Shown: positions 26,570-36,057 of the stretch, piece by piece
Layout of the letters: the number at the start of each line of letters is the position of its first letter
Numbering within the stretch: position 1 is the first letter of the stretch
From: Candidatus Latescibacterota bacterium
GTDB lineage: Bacteria > Latescibacterota > UBA2968 > UBA8231
Length of the DNA stretch: 64,000 bases
Direction of reading: 5' to 3'
Assembly: GCA_965243025.1 (NCBI GenBank)
Contig: CBDETY010000003.1
Span: 3,616,001 to 3,680,000, forward strand
The notes under the pieces: generated by a model
What the model was told of the DNA's origin: nothing
The model's database searches: none
Seen by the model: only the letters and a program-made list of their open reading frames with translations
Position numbers and translations under genes: made by a program

Positions 26570-28516
26570 ATGCCAGACGACACCCTGATCACCGCCGACC
26601 TGCCGTCGGTCTCGCAGCCGAACTGGGCGCTCTGGGAACGCGCCCTGTTCGAGGCCATGAACGAGTCCGTATTCCCCTACCTCGACCACTTCACCCGCGA
26701 CGACGGCGAGTTCATCTGGAAGGACGAGTGGGGCGGCGGCAGCCACGACGACTTCTACGAACCCTTCTTCAACTGGCCCACGGTGTACCTGATGGGAGGG
26801 GGCGACCACCTGCTCGACCTCGCCCACCACCAGTGGAACGCCGTCACCCGGCAGCTGACCCGGCTCGGCACGGTCCACAAGGAGTACGGCCTCGACGCCG
26901 ACAACATGCACCAGTCGGAGTGCGACATCGCCTTCTACAACCTCTGCACCGCCGACCCGCTGAACCCGATCAACGAGGTGCGCGCCCGCCGCTTCGCCGG
27001 CTTCTACCTGAACGAGGACCCCGAGGCGATCAACTGGGACCCGGAGCTCAGGATCGTCTTCAACGGCCACCACGGCAGCCGCGGGCCCCACTACCGCCCC
27101 CTGTCCGAGCGCGAGAACGCCAGCTACAGCCCGCTCGGCGGCAGCATGGAGCGCTACAGCCTGCCGTTCTTCGACCTGCCCGGAATCGAGAGCGTTGAGG
27201 ACCTCGCCGATCCGGCCAAGGCCAAGGCCATGGGCCAGGCCCTTTTCGACCGCTGGTACAAGGGGGACACGCCGACCAACCTGTCGCTGACCTCGCTGAT
27301 GACCAACGCCTTCCTGCTGACCGGCGAGGAGAAGTACCGCGACTGGGTGGTCGAGTACACCGGGGCCTGGCACCAGCGCGCCCGCGACAACGGCGGCCTG
27401 CTGCCCGACCAGGTCGGCCACAGCGGCAAGGTCGGGGAATACCTCGACGGCAAGTGGTACGGCGGCCCCATGGGCTGGACCTTCCCGCACGGCTTCCTGA
27501 CCATGCAGTTCGCCGTCCTCGACGCGGTCGCCAACGCCCTGCTGATCACCGGCGACAACGGCTGGCTCGACCTCGCCCGCGTGCAGCAGGAGCGCATCCT
27601 CGACATGGGGGAGATGCGCGAGATCCGGCGCGGGGAGATGAGCGTCAGCGAGCGCTGGGTCGAGCAGTTCGACGCCCTCGAGCCGGGGCAGAAGACCCTG
27701 CTGGTCCCCTACCGCTACGGCGACGCCGGCTGGTTCGACTGGCAGCCGATGCTGTCCGTCTACCCGGCGAGCTTGTGGTACCTGTCGATGGAGGAGCGGG
27801 ACTGGGGAAGCGTCGAGCGGGTGCGCGAGGGGGACGTCCACGACTGGAACTCGGTGTTCGCCTTCCACAACAAGGAGGACTCCGGCCACGAGCAGCCCTG
27901 GCTGCGCTACCTGGCAGGCGAGAACCCCGATTTCCCGGAGCGCATGCTGCACGCCACCCACCAGATCGTCACCCGCCGCAACGCCCTGGTGCGCGAGGAC
28001 CAGGACGTCGGCACCCGGTTCCACATCCACCAGTGGCAGTGGGGAAACCCGCTGTCGTCGGAGGCGCTGATCCAGCTGACCCTGGGCGGGCCGCAGCCGA
28101 TCTACAACGGCGGCTTGCTGCACGCCCGGGTGCGCTACTACGACTGCGAGGGCAAGCGGCCGGGGCTGCCCGAAGACGTCGGCGCCCTCGTGGAGAAGCT
28201 CGAAGCCGGGCGCACCGTCGTGCGGCTGGTCAACCTGAGCACCGTCGAGTCGCGCCGCCTCGTCATCCAGGCCGGGGCCTTCGGCGAGCACCGTTTCGGA
28301 AGGGGAACCTACAGCGGCCGCAGCAGCGACTGGCCGGGGGAGCTGGGCGGGTACGCCGGCACCTATGCCCCGCCGCCGCTCGAGGCCGAGGAGCGCAGCG
28401 TCGAGGTCGGTGGTTCGCACCTGACGGTCGAGCTTCCCCCCGGCATGGAGATCCGCCTCGACCTCGAGACGGAGCGCTACGTCAACCAGCCCTCATACCA
28501 CAACGGGCCGTTCTAG
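26570..28516 (+). CDS. Uncharacterised ~648 aa protein, paralog B
   Basis: Shares GEFIW..WGGGS.DD.YEP, LVPYRYGDAGWFDWQP, FHNKED.GHEQPWLR and PQPIYNGGLLHAR with paralog A. Confidence 0.8.
   Translation: MPDDTLITADLPSVSQPNWALWERALFEAMNESVFPYLDHFTRDDGEFIWKDEWGGGSHDDFYEPFFNWPTVYLMGGGDHLLDLAHHQWNAVTRQLTRLGTVHKEYGLDADNMHQSECDIAFYNLCTADPLNPINEVRARRFAGFYLNEDPEAINWDPELRIVFNGHHGSRGPHYRPLSERENASYSPLGGSMERYSLPFFDLPGIESVEDLADPAKAKAMGQALFDRWYKGDTPTNLSLTSLMTNAFLLTGEEKYRDWVVEYTGAWHQRARDNGGLLPDQVGHSGKVGEYLDGKWYGGPMGWTFPHGFLTMQFAVLDAVANALLITGDNGWLDLARVQQERILDMGEMREIRRGEMSVSERWVEQFDALEPGQKTLLVPYRYGDAGWFDWQPMLSVYPASLWYLSMEERDWGSVERVREGDVHDWNSVFAFHNKEDSGHEQPWLRYLAGENPDFPERMLHATHQIVTRRNALVREDQDVGTRFHIHQWQWGNPLSSEALIQLTLGGPQPIYNGGLLHARVRYYDCEGKRPGLPEDVGALVEKLEAGRTVVRLVNLSTVESRRLVIQAGAFGEHRFGRGTYSGRSSDWPGELGGYAGTYAPPPLEAEERSVEVGGSHLTVELPPGMEIRLDLETERYVNQPSYHNGPF
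28418..28516 (+). repeat. Direct repeat copy 1 (last 99 bp of paralog B)
   Basis: cacctgacggtcgagcttcccccc...gggccgttctag recurs at 28871-28968. Confidence 0.93.
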
Positions 28517-28599
28517 TTACTGGCCGTATCCGGGTATTTCATCAGAGGAAGGTATGCTCACGAGATGCTCGATCTGGTCTGGATAAAAGAAGGGGGTTC

Positions 28600-28863
28600 A
28601 TGATGAAGACCGGATGTTCATTTTGTGGTCACAAGGAACTTCGGCCTCGCGAGACCCAGTACATTTACCGGCATGATGGCCAGTTTCTCATTGTCGATGC
28701 CGTTCCCTGCCTCCAGTGCTCGTACTGTGGCGAACAGTATTTCGAAGCTCGGGTATTGAAGGGTATTGAAAAGAAATTCAACGAACTCCATGTCCATGGA
28801 AGCAAGGCGAGGAAGGCGGTTCAGGTTCCCGTTGAACACTTCCTGGACCTGCATCAAGCCTGA
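28600..28863 (+). CDS. YgiT/MqsA-type zinc-finger protein (antitoxin-like)
   Basis: MMKTGCSFCG...IVDAVPCLQCSYCGEQYF; RBS-like AAGGGGG; visibly more AT-rich than its flanks. Confidence 0.85.
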   Translation: MMKTGCSFCGHKELRPRETQYIYRHDGQFLIVDAVPCLQCSYCGEQYFEARVLKGIEKKFNELHVHGSKARKAVQVPVEHFLDLHQA

Positions 28864-28870
28864 TTCACCC

Positions 28871-28968
28871 CACCTGCCCGTCGAGCTTCCCCCCGACATG
28901 GAGCTCCGCCTCGACCTCGAGACGGAGCTCTAAGTCAACCAGCCCCATACCACAGCGGACCGTTCTAG
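28871..28968 (+). repeat. Direct repeat copy 2 (degenerate duplicate of the paralog B 3' end)
   Basis: 98 bp copy with several substitutions, TAC>TAA and a 1 bp deletion. Confidence 0.93.
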
Positions 28969-28982
28969 CCGGAAGACTCCGG

Positions 28983-29969
28983 TCAGGAGCGCTGGATCAT
29001 CTCGATGATCGGGCCCTCTAGCCTGCTCATCGGGTGCTCGAGCGCCTCGGCCCGCATCTGCTCGAGCCGCCTGGATGCCTCGACGTGTCCGTCGGTGAAC
29101 TCCTTGACGAAGGCGCCCCCCATGATGTCGTCGACGAGGAACGAGCGCGCCTTTTCGCGGATCTCGTCGTTGAGCAGCTCCTTCGCCCGGGTCATGGTCC
29201 CGTACTGGCTCGTCGTCGAGTGGTAGCGCATCTGTTTGTAGATGCCGTAGCGCGCCATCAGCGAGAAGACCTCGGCGTTCTCGGTCGAGGCGTAGAGCAC
29301 CATGATGATCTCCTCCGGGGGGAGACCCCGGTCGACGGCGAGCTCGAAGCAGAACTCGAGCCAGGCGTGGAGTCCGGCCCACACGACCTGCTCGGTGTAG
29401 AGGTTGACGTACGCCTCTCCGAGGAAGGAGGACTCGTAGATCCCCGCCCGCGTCAGCCCCATCCCCTTGCACAGCGCCATCGCCGTCTCCCGCGCCGTGC
29501 CGGTGGCGTCCCGCTCCACCGCGAACTGCCCGACGACGCCACCGCCCGCCTCGAAACGCTCGCGCACAATGTTGCCCATCATGATGGGTGCGATCATGAT
29601 GGCGTCCGCCTCCTCTGGCGGCTCGATCACCTTGTAGCCGACGTTGTAGCCGCTGCCCCAGCAGAGGGTGTTCCCCGCCTCGATTCCAGGGGCTATGTGC
29701 TCGTCCCAGATGAAGGGCATCGACTCGTCGGTGGTCAGCACCAGCAGGATGTCTCCCGCCCGCGCGGCCTCGAGCAGGGGCACCGGCTCCCACCCTTCTT
29801 TCCTTGCCAGCTCGCCGTACTCGTCGTCGCGGTTGCCGACGATCACCTCCATGCCGCTGTCGCGCAGGTTGAGGGCCTGCGCCCGCCCCTGGTTGCCGTA
29901 GCCGAGAACGGCAACGGTGCGCCCCTGCAGGGTTTCGAGGGTGACGTCGTCGTCGTGGTAGATCTTCAT
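28983..29969 (-). CDS. Divergent ketol-acid reductoisomerase (IlvC-like, short form)
   Basis: VAVLGYGNQGRAQALNLRDSG, DATG, RAG, SQYG; several canonical catalytic residues are changed. Confidence 0.85.
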   Translation of the reverse strand: MKIYHDDDVTLETLQGRTVAVLGYGNQGRAQALNLRDSGMEVIVGNRDDEYGELARKEGWEPVPLLEAARAGDILLVLTTDESMPFIWDEHIAPGIEAGNTLCWGSGYNVGYKVIEPPEEADAIMIAPIMMGNIVRERFEAGGGVVGQFAVERDATGTARETAMALCKGMGLTRAGIYESSFLGEAYVNLYTEQVVWAGLHAWLEFCFELAVDRGLPPEEIIMVLYASTENAEVFSLMARYGIYKQMRYHSTTSQYGTMTRAKELLNDEIREKARSFLVDDIMGGAFVKEFTDGHVEASRRLEQMRAEALEHPMSRLEGPIIEMIQRS

Positions 29970-30067
29970 GATCGCTCTTCTCCCGGGTTTTCAGTCGCGT
30001 TAGATTCGCAGCGTTCCGCTTACGCAAGCGATACCGCGCGGCGCGGGCAAGCCACTCAGAGGACGAG

Positions 30068-30877
30068 ATGATCACTACTCTCACGCAACCGCAGATCGAC
30101 GCATACGACAGGGACGGACACCTCCTGCTCCCCGGTTTCCTCGACGGCGGGGAGCTCGAGCGCTGGCGCCGGGCGGTCGACGACGGGGTCTCCCGCCTCG
30201 TCGGCAACGCCGACCCGGACATCAAGCTGTTCGACAACCAGGACCGCGACGACTTCTACAGGGACGTCTTCGTCCAGTGCGTCAACATGTGGAAGGGGAG
30301 CCGGCCGGTGCGCGAGCTCGTCCTCGACGAACGGCTGGGCCGGCTGGCGGCCGAGCTGGTCGGCGCTTCGGGGATGCGCCTGTACCACGACCACGCGCTG
30401 GTGAAGAACCCGTGGGCCAACCCGACCAACTGGCACCTCGACAACCCGTCCGACCCCTACTTCTCGCACCAGTCGACGATGCTGTGGATCGCCCTCGACG
30501 ACGCCACCCTGCAGAACGGCTGCCTCTACTTCCTCCCGGGATCCCACAAATCAAGCCGTTTCGAAAGGGTGACGGCCCTGAGCGAGACGCGGATCGACTC
30601 CCTCTTCGAGCATTACCCCGAATGGCGCGGCATCGACCCGGTCGCCGTCGAGGTCAGGGCCGGGGACGCCGTCTTCATCAGCGGCATGATCGCCCACGCC
30701 GCCGGCCCCAACATGAGCCGCCGGCCACGGCGGGCCTTCGCCATCCTCTTCATGCCGGAGGGGGCGACCTTCAGCGGGCGGCAGAGCGCCCTTCCCGACG
30801 CCGTCTTCTCACGCCTCGAGATCGGCGACGTCATCGCCGACGACGAGCACCTGCCGCTGCTCTGGTCCGGGAGCTGA
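30068..30877 (+). CDS. PhyH-family dioxygenase
   Basis: YDRDG, WHLD, WIALDDATLQNGCLYFLPGSH, AHAAGPN. Confidence 0.92.
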   Translation: MITTLTQPQIDAYDRDGHLLLPGFLDGGELERWRRAVDDGVSRLVGNADPDIKLFDNQDRDDFYRDVFVQCVNMWKGSRPVRELVLDERLGRLAAELVGASGMRLYHDHALVKNPWANPTNWHLDNPSDPYFSHQSTMLWIALDDATLQNGCLYFLPGSHKSSRFERVTALSETRIDSLFEHYPEWRGIDPVAVEVRAGDAVFISGMIAHAAGPNMSRRPRRAFAILFMPEGATFSGRQSALPDAVFSRLEIGDVIADDEHLPLLWSGS

Positions 30878-30885
30878 AGCGAGCG

Positions 30886-31653
30886 ATGCGGAAAAACGAG
30901 GTTCGCGAGAAGCTGCTGGCAGGCCGTCCCGTACTGGGGGCGATGCTCGGGCTGGGGTCCCCCAACGCCGCCGAGCTGATGGCCATGGCCGGGTACGATT
31001 TCCTCATCATCGAGACCGAGCACAACGGCCTCGACAGCGCCGAGGTCGAGCACATGCTGATGGCCATCGGGCAGGAGGCGGTCCCGGTCGTGCGCGTCCC
31101 GAGCGCCGACCCGGTGTTCATCCAGCGGGCCCTCGACATCGGCGGCATGGGCATCCTCGTGCCGATGGTGCACACCGCCGGGGAGGCGGCCGCCATCGTC
31201 GCCGCCACCCGCTACCCGCCGCAGGGCTCGCGCGGGTTCGGCCCCCTGCGCGCCTCGCGCTACACCTTCGACTACGAGGAGTACTACGCCGGCGCCAACG
31301 ACCACATCCTCGTCGCCCTGATCGTCGAAACCAGGGAAGCTCTGGAGAACCTCGACGAGATAGCCGCGGTCCCCGGGGTCGACGCCCTCTTCTTCGGGCT
31401 CTTCGATCTCTGCCTGTCGCTGGGGCTCAACCCGATGCAGCAGCCGTTCCCCGAACTCGAGGAGGCGATGGAGGCCGCGGCGGAGATCGGCAGAAAGCGG
31501 GGCGTGGCGATGGGCGTCGGGGTCCCCTCTCCCGGGGAGCTGCGGCGCCGCAACGAGATGGGCTTCCGGTTCCATGTGTACGGCACCGACTACATGCTGC
31601 TCGGGGCCGCGGCCAAGGCAGGGGTGGAGGCGTTCCGCAGCCTGGAGGAGTGA
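30886..31653 (+). CDS. HpcH/HpaI class II aldolase
   Basis: ETEH, VRVP, RALDIG, RYPPQGSRG, IVET, FFGLFDL. Confidence 0.92.
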   Translation: MRKNEVREKLLAGRPVLGAMLGLGSPNAAELMAMAGYDFLIIETEHNGLDSAEVEHMLMAIGQEAVPVVRVPSADPVFIQRALDIGGMGILVPMVHTAGEAAAIVAATRYPPQGSRGFGPLRASRYTFDYEEYYAGANDHILVALIVETREALENLDEIAAVPGVDALFFGLFDLCLSLGLNPMQQPFPELEEAMEAAAEIGRKRGVAMGVGVPSPGELRRRNEMGFRFHVYGTDYMLLGAAAKAGVEAFRSLEE

Positions 31654-31671
31654 GCTTTCAGGCTGGCGGCG

Positions 31672-31863
31672 GTGCAAATGGGCGACGGAAAGCCTTGGCG
31701 GTATGGCCGCGGCATCCCAGTCATCATGGGGGCGTTCCTTCAGCTCTTCCTCCCTGTATCGACGTTCTCTCAAGACACAGAAGGCTACGATCTGCTTGCC
31801 AGTCGCGTAGAAGTCCGCTCCGCCATCGACTGGCAAGCCTGGGAGGCGCCTGTAACTACCTGA
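31672..31863 (+). pseudogene. N-terminal stub of a surface protein of the 58.5-64 kb family
   Basis: Signal-like segment then EGYDLLASRVEVRSAIDWQAWE, which aligns without gaps (10/22 identical) to EGYSVLDNQVVVNTQSHWQNWE of 58529-61201. Confidence 0.65.
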
Positions 31864-34190
31864 CACGGGGCTGGCTGATCTACGACTGGAAGCAGGTCAA
31901 CCCGCAGCCTTTCGGCAGCTCGGTGGTAAAGTCCAGCCTGTTCACGAGCTGGTTCAACAGACTGGTGGTGGCGTCGGACCACAAAGGCCAGTACCACTAC
32001 GCCATCACCGTGGGCAACGAAATCCGGACGACACTCACTCCGATGACCTTCTCGAAACCCCTGTTCAACGGCATTCAGTGGGACTTCGCCACCGACAAGT
32101 ACGAGGCGACCCTGCTGCTGTCGCGCATCAGCGATCCGGATTCATTCGAGCTCGCCGGAGAAGCGCGGGAGGTCTCGGACAACACCAACCTGTTCGCCAC
32201 TCGCGTCGAAGCACAGATAGGGGACTTCGTTACCGTTGGCGGCCATATCGTCAACGCCCATCACAGCAACTCGCGGTCCGAGGCGTTCAGCGGCGACATG
32301 TTCAACGGCAACCTTCTCGGCGTGCAGAACGCAGGCCCTGTGAACAGCATCCAGGTGCTGATCAAGGACGACTCCCCGGAGGATGGCGTTTCCGGGGGCG
32401 CGCTGTTCGCCAGCGACATTACCATCGTCGACCTGGAAGGCGACGAGACGCGCGGCAGCGAGATTGGATTCCGCGCGCTGACGGAGGGCGGCTTCCTGCG
32501 CCGGGGTTTTCTGTCAGCGGACGGATCCGAGGTCATCCGCCTGGTGTTCGACTTCTCCCACGTCACCTACACCGGCCCGGACCCGAGCCGGATAAAAAAA
32601 GCCCGGATCGAATTGGTGGTTGCCGACGACTACCTCATCGAGATCTCGTCCGACCGTCAGACCCGTTTCAACGGCGATCCGGCTTTTGTCGAAGTGGCGC
32701 GCGCCAGGGGGAACGTGAAAGACGGGTCGAACCAGCGGGTGGTTGCCATCGATTACGGTCTGCCCACGGCGAACCAGATCTCGGGCTTCACCGTCGAGTT
32801 GACCGACCTGGCCGGCTTCCGCGGGTACTCCGAATTCAACGTCAACAGGCAGGTTACGAAGTATCCCAACATCCGGCGGCGGCAGCACCGGGCTTCCAGA
32901 GAGCAGGTGAGCGCCTGGGTGTTCAACCTCTCGAACACCAGCGGCCCCTGCTTCGCCTTCATCGAGGCGTTCCGGGTCAGTCCCCGTTACCGGACGAGTC
33001 TGATGACGGTCTCCGAGTCGGGCGCCATCGACTATGCGAACCGCCTCAACCTGTACGAGTTCGTCGACGACAACGACGATCAGGACCGGCGGCCGGACTG
33101 GGCAAGGAAAGGGTGGACGCGGGGCGACCAACGGATCTTCCCGGGGTGGGACGAAAACAACGACTTCATCTCCGACTTCAACCAGAACGACAACGATGTA
33201 ATACCGAATCGCGTTCCGGACTACGCCGAACCATTCCTGCGCTTTCACACCGACCACCCCGACTTCCTGTACGGCGTGGACATGAACCACAACCTGACAA
33301 TCGATCGGTTCGAAAACGACGAAGAGGCGGACCTGCCGTACAAGCGGGACCGGGTCGGGTACAACGCGTACGGCGGGGCGCAGATCAACCCGGAGGTTCG
33401 CTTCACCCTGGGCCAGGAACGGTTCCGCCAGATTTCAGACCAGAGGCGGACGTTGGCGACGTATCTGACGGTCCAGGCCGACTGGTATGCAACGGGCAGG
33501 ATCAGGCTGTTCCAGGACCTCCGCAAGGCGAAGGACACGATCGTCGACGACCTGTTGCAGTGGGTACAACTGCCGAATACGAGGGGAGACCTTGTGCCGG
33601 TAGCGGACATCCTGCCGGCGCAGAACACCTGGATCAACACGACGTGGGTCGGATACGAGCGGATACTGGCTCGTGGATTGAAGCTCGACAACAAGGCAAA
33701 GTGGAGCTTCTACCGCCAGCTGGACAGCGAACCCGATCTGATCCTGAGAAACACCCGGCGGCGTGCTTCGTTTCTGGGATTGATCAACAAAGCGGAGTAC
33801 GATCTGCGCGCGGGCGGGGTGTCGATCCGCCCGGCATTCAAGAACGAGTACCGGCGGCAAACTCCGGTTTCGCGTCTTCTGCCCAAACGGTTGGAAATGA
33901 GCCAGCTTGCGATGGCCCTCGGACGCGTGCCGCTCACGCTGCGCAGTTCCGTCGAGGGCGGAGTCGAGTACCACCGCTTCGCACAGCTCCTCGACCCGAC
34001 GCCCCCCGGAGCAGAGGACAGTTTCGGGGAACTCGTGCTGGCGTTGCAGCTTGTCAACCTGAGCCAGTACCTCGGCTACGAGCTCACCACGATCGCCGGT
34101 CTGCAGTTCAGCCGGCGGTCATTCGCGGCGAGAGATACCGAGAAACACACGCGCGGTTTTCTGACGGTTTTCGCGGGGGTGCAGCCGTGA
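31854..34190 (+). CDS. Large uncharacterised envelope protein, apparently 5'-truncated (beta-strand-rich C-terminus, Asp-rich Ca-binding-like motifs)
   Basis: Protein-like sequence begins at NYLTRGWLIYDW; the first ~67 aa of the called ORF look spurious; DDNDDQD, DENNDFISD, DMNHN; ends LTVFAGVQP. Confidence 0.65.
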   Translation, partial: NYLTRGWLIYDWKQVNPQPFGSSVVKSSLFTSWFNRLVVASDHKGQYHYAITVGNEIRTTLTPMTFSKPLFNGIQWDFATDKYEATLLLSRISDPDSFELAGEAREVSDNTNLFATRVEAQIGDFVTVGGHIVNAHHSNSRSEAFSGDMFNGNLLGVQNAGPVNSIQVLIKDDSPEDGVSGGALFASDITIVDLEGDETRGSEIGFRALTEGGFLRRGFLSADGSEVIRLVFDFSHVTYTGPDPSRIKKARIELVVADDYLIEISSDRQTRFNGDPAFVEVARARGNVKDGSNQRVVAIDYGLPTANQISGFTVELTDLAGFRGYSEFNVNRQVTKYPNIRRRQHRASREQVSAWVFNLSNTSGPCFAFIEAFRVSPRYRTSLMTVSESGAIDYANRLNLYEFVDDNDDQDRRPDWARKGWTRGDQRIFPGWDENNDFISDFNQNDNDVIPNRVPDYAEPFLRFHTDHPDFLYGVDMNHNLTIDRFENDEEADLPYKRDRVGYNAYGGAQINPEVRFTLGQERFRQISDQRRTLATYLTVQADWYATGRIRLFQDLRKAKDTIVDDLLQWVQLPNTRGDLVPVADILPAQNTWINTTWVGYERILARGLKLDNKAKWSFYRQLDSEPDLILRNTRRRASFLGLINKAEYDLRAGGVSIRPAFKNEYRRQTPVSRLLPKRLEMSQLAMALGRVPLTLRSSVEGGVEYHRFAQLLDPTPPGAEDSFGELVLALQLVNLSQYLGYELTTIAGLQFSRRSFAARDTEKHTRGFLTVFAGVQP

Positions 34191-36057
34191 CCTTCGCCAA
34201 TCAACAGGTCTGGAGGAGCACTGGGTCAGACCCGGTTCTCGTCGGTTTTCTGTTTGTGTGTGCAGCCGCGATGCTGTCGTGCGGCGACGGCAGAACTCCC
34301 ATCGCGCCGCAAACGGATGCCGGGCCCGGGGCCGCCTTCGCCGACAGTTCCCTCGAAGGGGCGGTCCGGGCGGCCCTCGGCAAGCCGAGAGGCGGCATCG
34401 ACGAGGCCGAGCTGTCCTCGCTGTCCCGGCTGGACGCCGTGGACGGTTCCATCATCGATCTCGGCGGCATCGAGCAGCTGTCCAACCTGGAGGAGTTGCG
34501 ACTGGCTCACAACCAGATTGCCGATATCGCGCTTCTTGGGGGAATCAGTCGGCTTCGCATACTCGATCTCTCGCACAACCGCATCACCGACCTGTCGCCG
34601 CTGTCCGGACTGCCGGAGTTGACGCATCTGAACATGGACTTCAACCGGGTAAAGGACCTGTCGCCCCTCTCAGCGTTGCGGAAGCTGGAGGTGGTGAACC
34701 TCACCGGCAACCTGCTGACCGACGTGAGCGCGCTGGCGGAGCTGCCCGCCCTCGAGAGCGCAGAACTCTCGGGAAACCCCATCGGCAAGGATCTCGTTCT
34801 CCAGCAGCTCGAGTCCCTCTTGAAAAAGGGTGTCAGGATCACCTTCGAAACGCCCCTGAAGTCGGTTTCTTTCAGGGATCCCGCTCTCGAAGCGATCATC
34901 CGAAACGAACTGGACAAAGATCTGGGGGTGGTTACTCGGGAAGATCTGCGGAGCATCCGGTCTCTGCGCATCCCGGAGGGAGCGAAAGTGACCGACCTGA
35001 GCGGTCTCGAGCCATGCACGCACTGAACAGCCTCGCCATAGACAGCAATCCGGTCACCGACCTGGGGCCGCTTTCACAGTCGCTGGAGCTCAACAACCTG
35101 CGAATCGACAACACCCGGGTGGGTGATCTGACACCGCTGCGGGAGCTCGAAAAGCTTCGGGTTCTGCAAGTGAGCCGCAGCCGGGTTGTCAGCCTGTCCG
35201 GACTCGAGGGCCTGACCCGGCTCGGGTACCTTTCGCTGAGGGATAACGAGGTTGTCGACATCTCAACCCTGAGTGAGTTGCGAACTCTTGCCACGATCGA
35301 TCTTGCGGGCAACAGGATCGAAGGCTTGTCCCCGCTTGCCAACCTCTTCGACCTGGAGATCCTCGATCTGTCCCGCAATCGCATCGAGTCCATCGAAGGG
35401 CTCCGGGAAGTGACGGGCCTGCTCGTTCTCGATCTCTCCCATAACTACATCGTCGACATCTCGACGGTGGCCGAACTGGAATCCCTCGGCACCCTCCGTC
35501 TCGGATCGAACAGAATCGAGGACATGAGCCCCTTGAAAGAGAACCTGCCGGCGGTTCTGGACGTGTCCGACAACGACTTGGACAACATCGAGTTTCTCAG
35601 GACACATCCTCAGAGGGATTTGATCGAGCTGGACATCTCGCACAACAGCTTGCGCGACCTGACGCCGCTGCAGGACTTCGCGCAAATACGGAACCTGGAT
35701 TTCAGTCACAACGAAATCAGCGACATAAGCGTACTGGCAACTCTGCGGGTGCCGGCGCGGACCAACAGTTTGCGCTTTACGGGCAACTTCGTGTCGGACT
35801 TGTCGCCGATCGCTCACATGACACGGCTGACAGTACTGGAGTTCTCCTTCAACGAAGTCGCGGACTTGTCCCCCCTTGCCAACCTTGCAAGACTTCGAAG
35901 CATGGTCGCTCAAGGAAACCTCATCGAAGATCTGGCGCCCTTGCTCGGCATCGAGTCGCTCGAGCGCGTAGACGTTGCCCGGAACCCACTGACGAGCGAC
36001 GACGCAAGCAGGCAGATTGCCGCTCTGCGGGAGCAGGGGGTCGAGGTTCTGTTCTGA
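34187..36057 (+). pseudogene. Internalin-like leucine-rich-repeat lipoprotein split by a frameshift near 35020
   Basis: Lipobox MLSC; many L-x-x-L-D-L-S-x-N-x-I-x-D repeats. Frame 1 ends DLSGLEPCTH* and frame 2 continues ALNSLAIDSN. Confidence 0.8.

Noticed and set aside
14411-28420. Long antisense ORFs such as 14411-16354, 24392-26443 and 26540-28420, and similar ones elsewhere
   Set aside because: They mirror real genes; strong GC3 bias removes antisense stops, and the translations have no recognisable motifs.
28517-28599. Toxin partner of the zinc-finger gene
   Set aside because: Only 83 bp are available and no credible ORF fits.
31650-31853. Called N-terminus of the 846 aa ORF (GTG overlapping the aldolase stop)
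   Set aside because: The translation looks non-protein-like, and another frame here matches the surface-protein family.
35024-35026. TGA as selenocysteine or read-through in the LRR gene
   Set aside because: The LRR pattern continues in a different frame, so read-through would not restore it.
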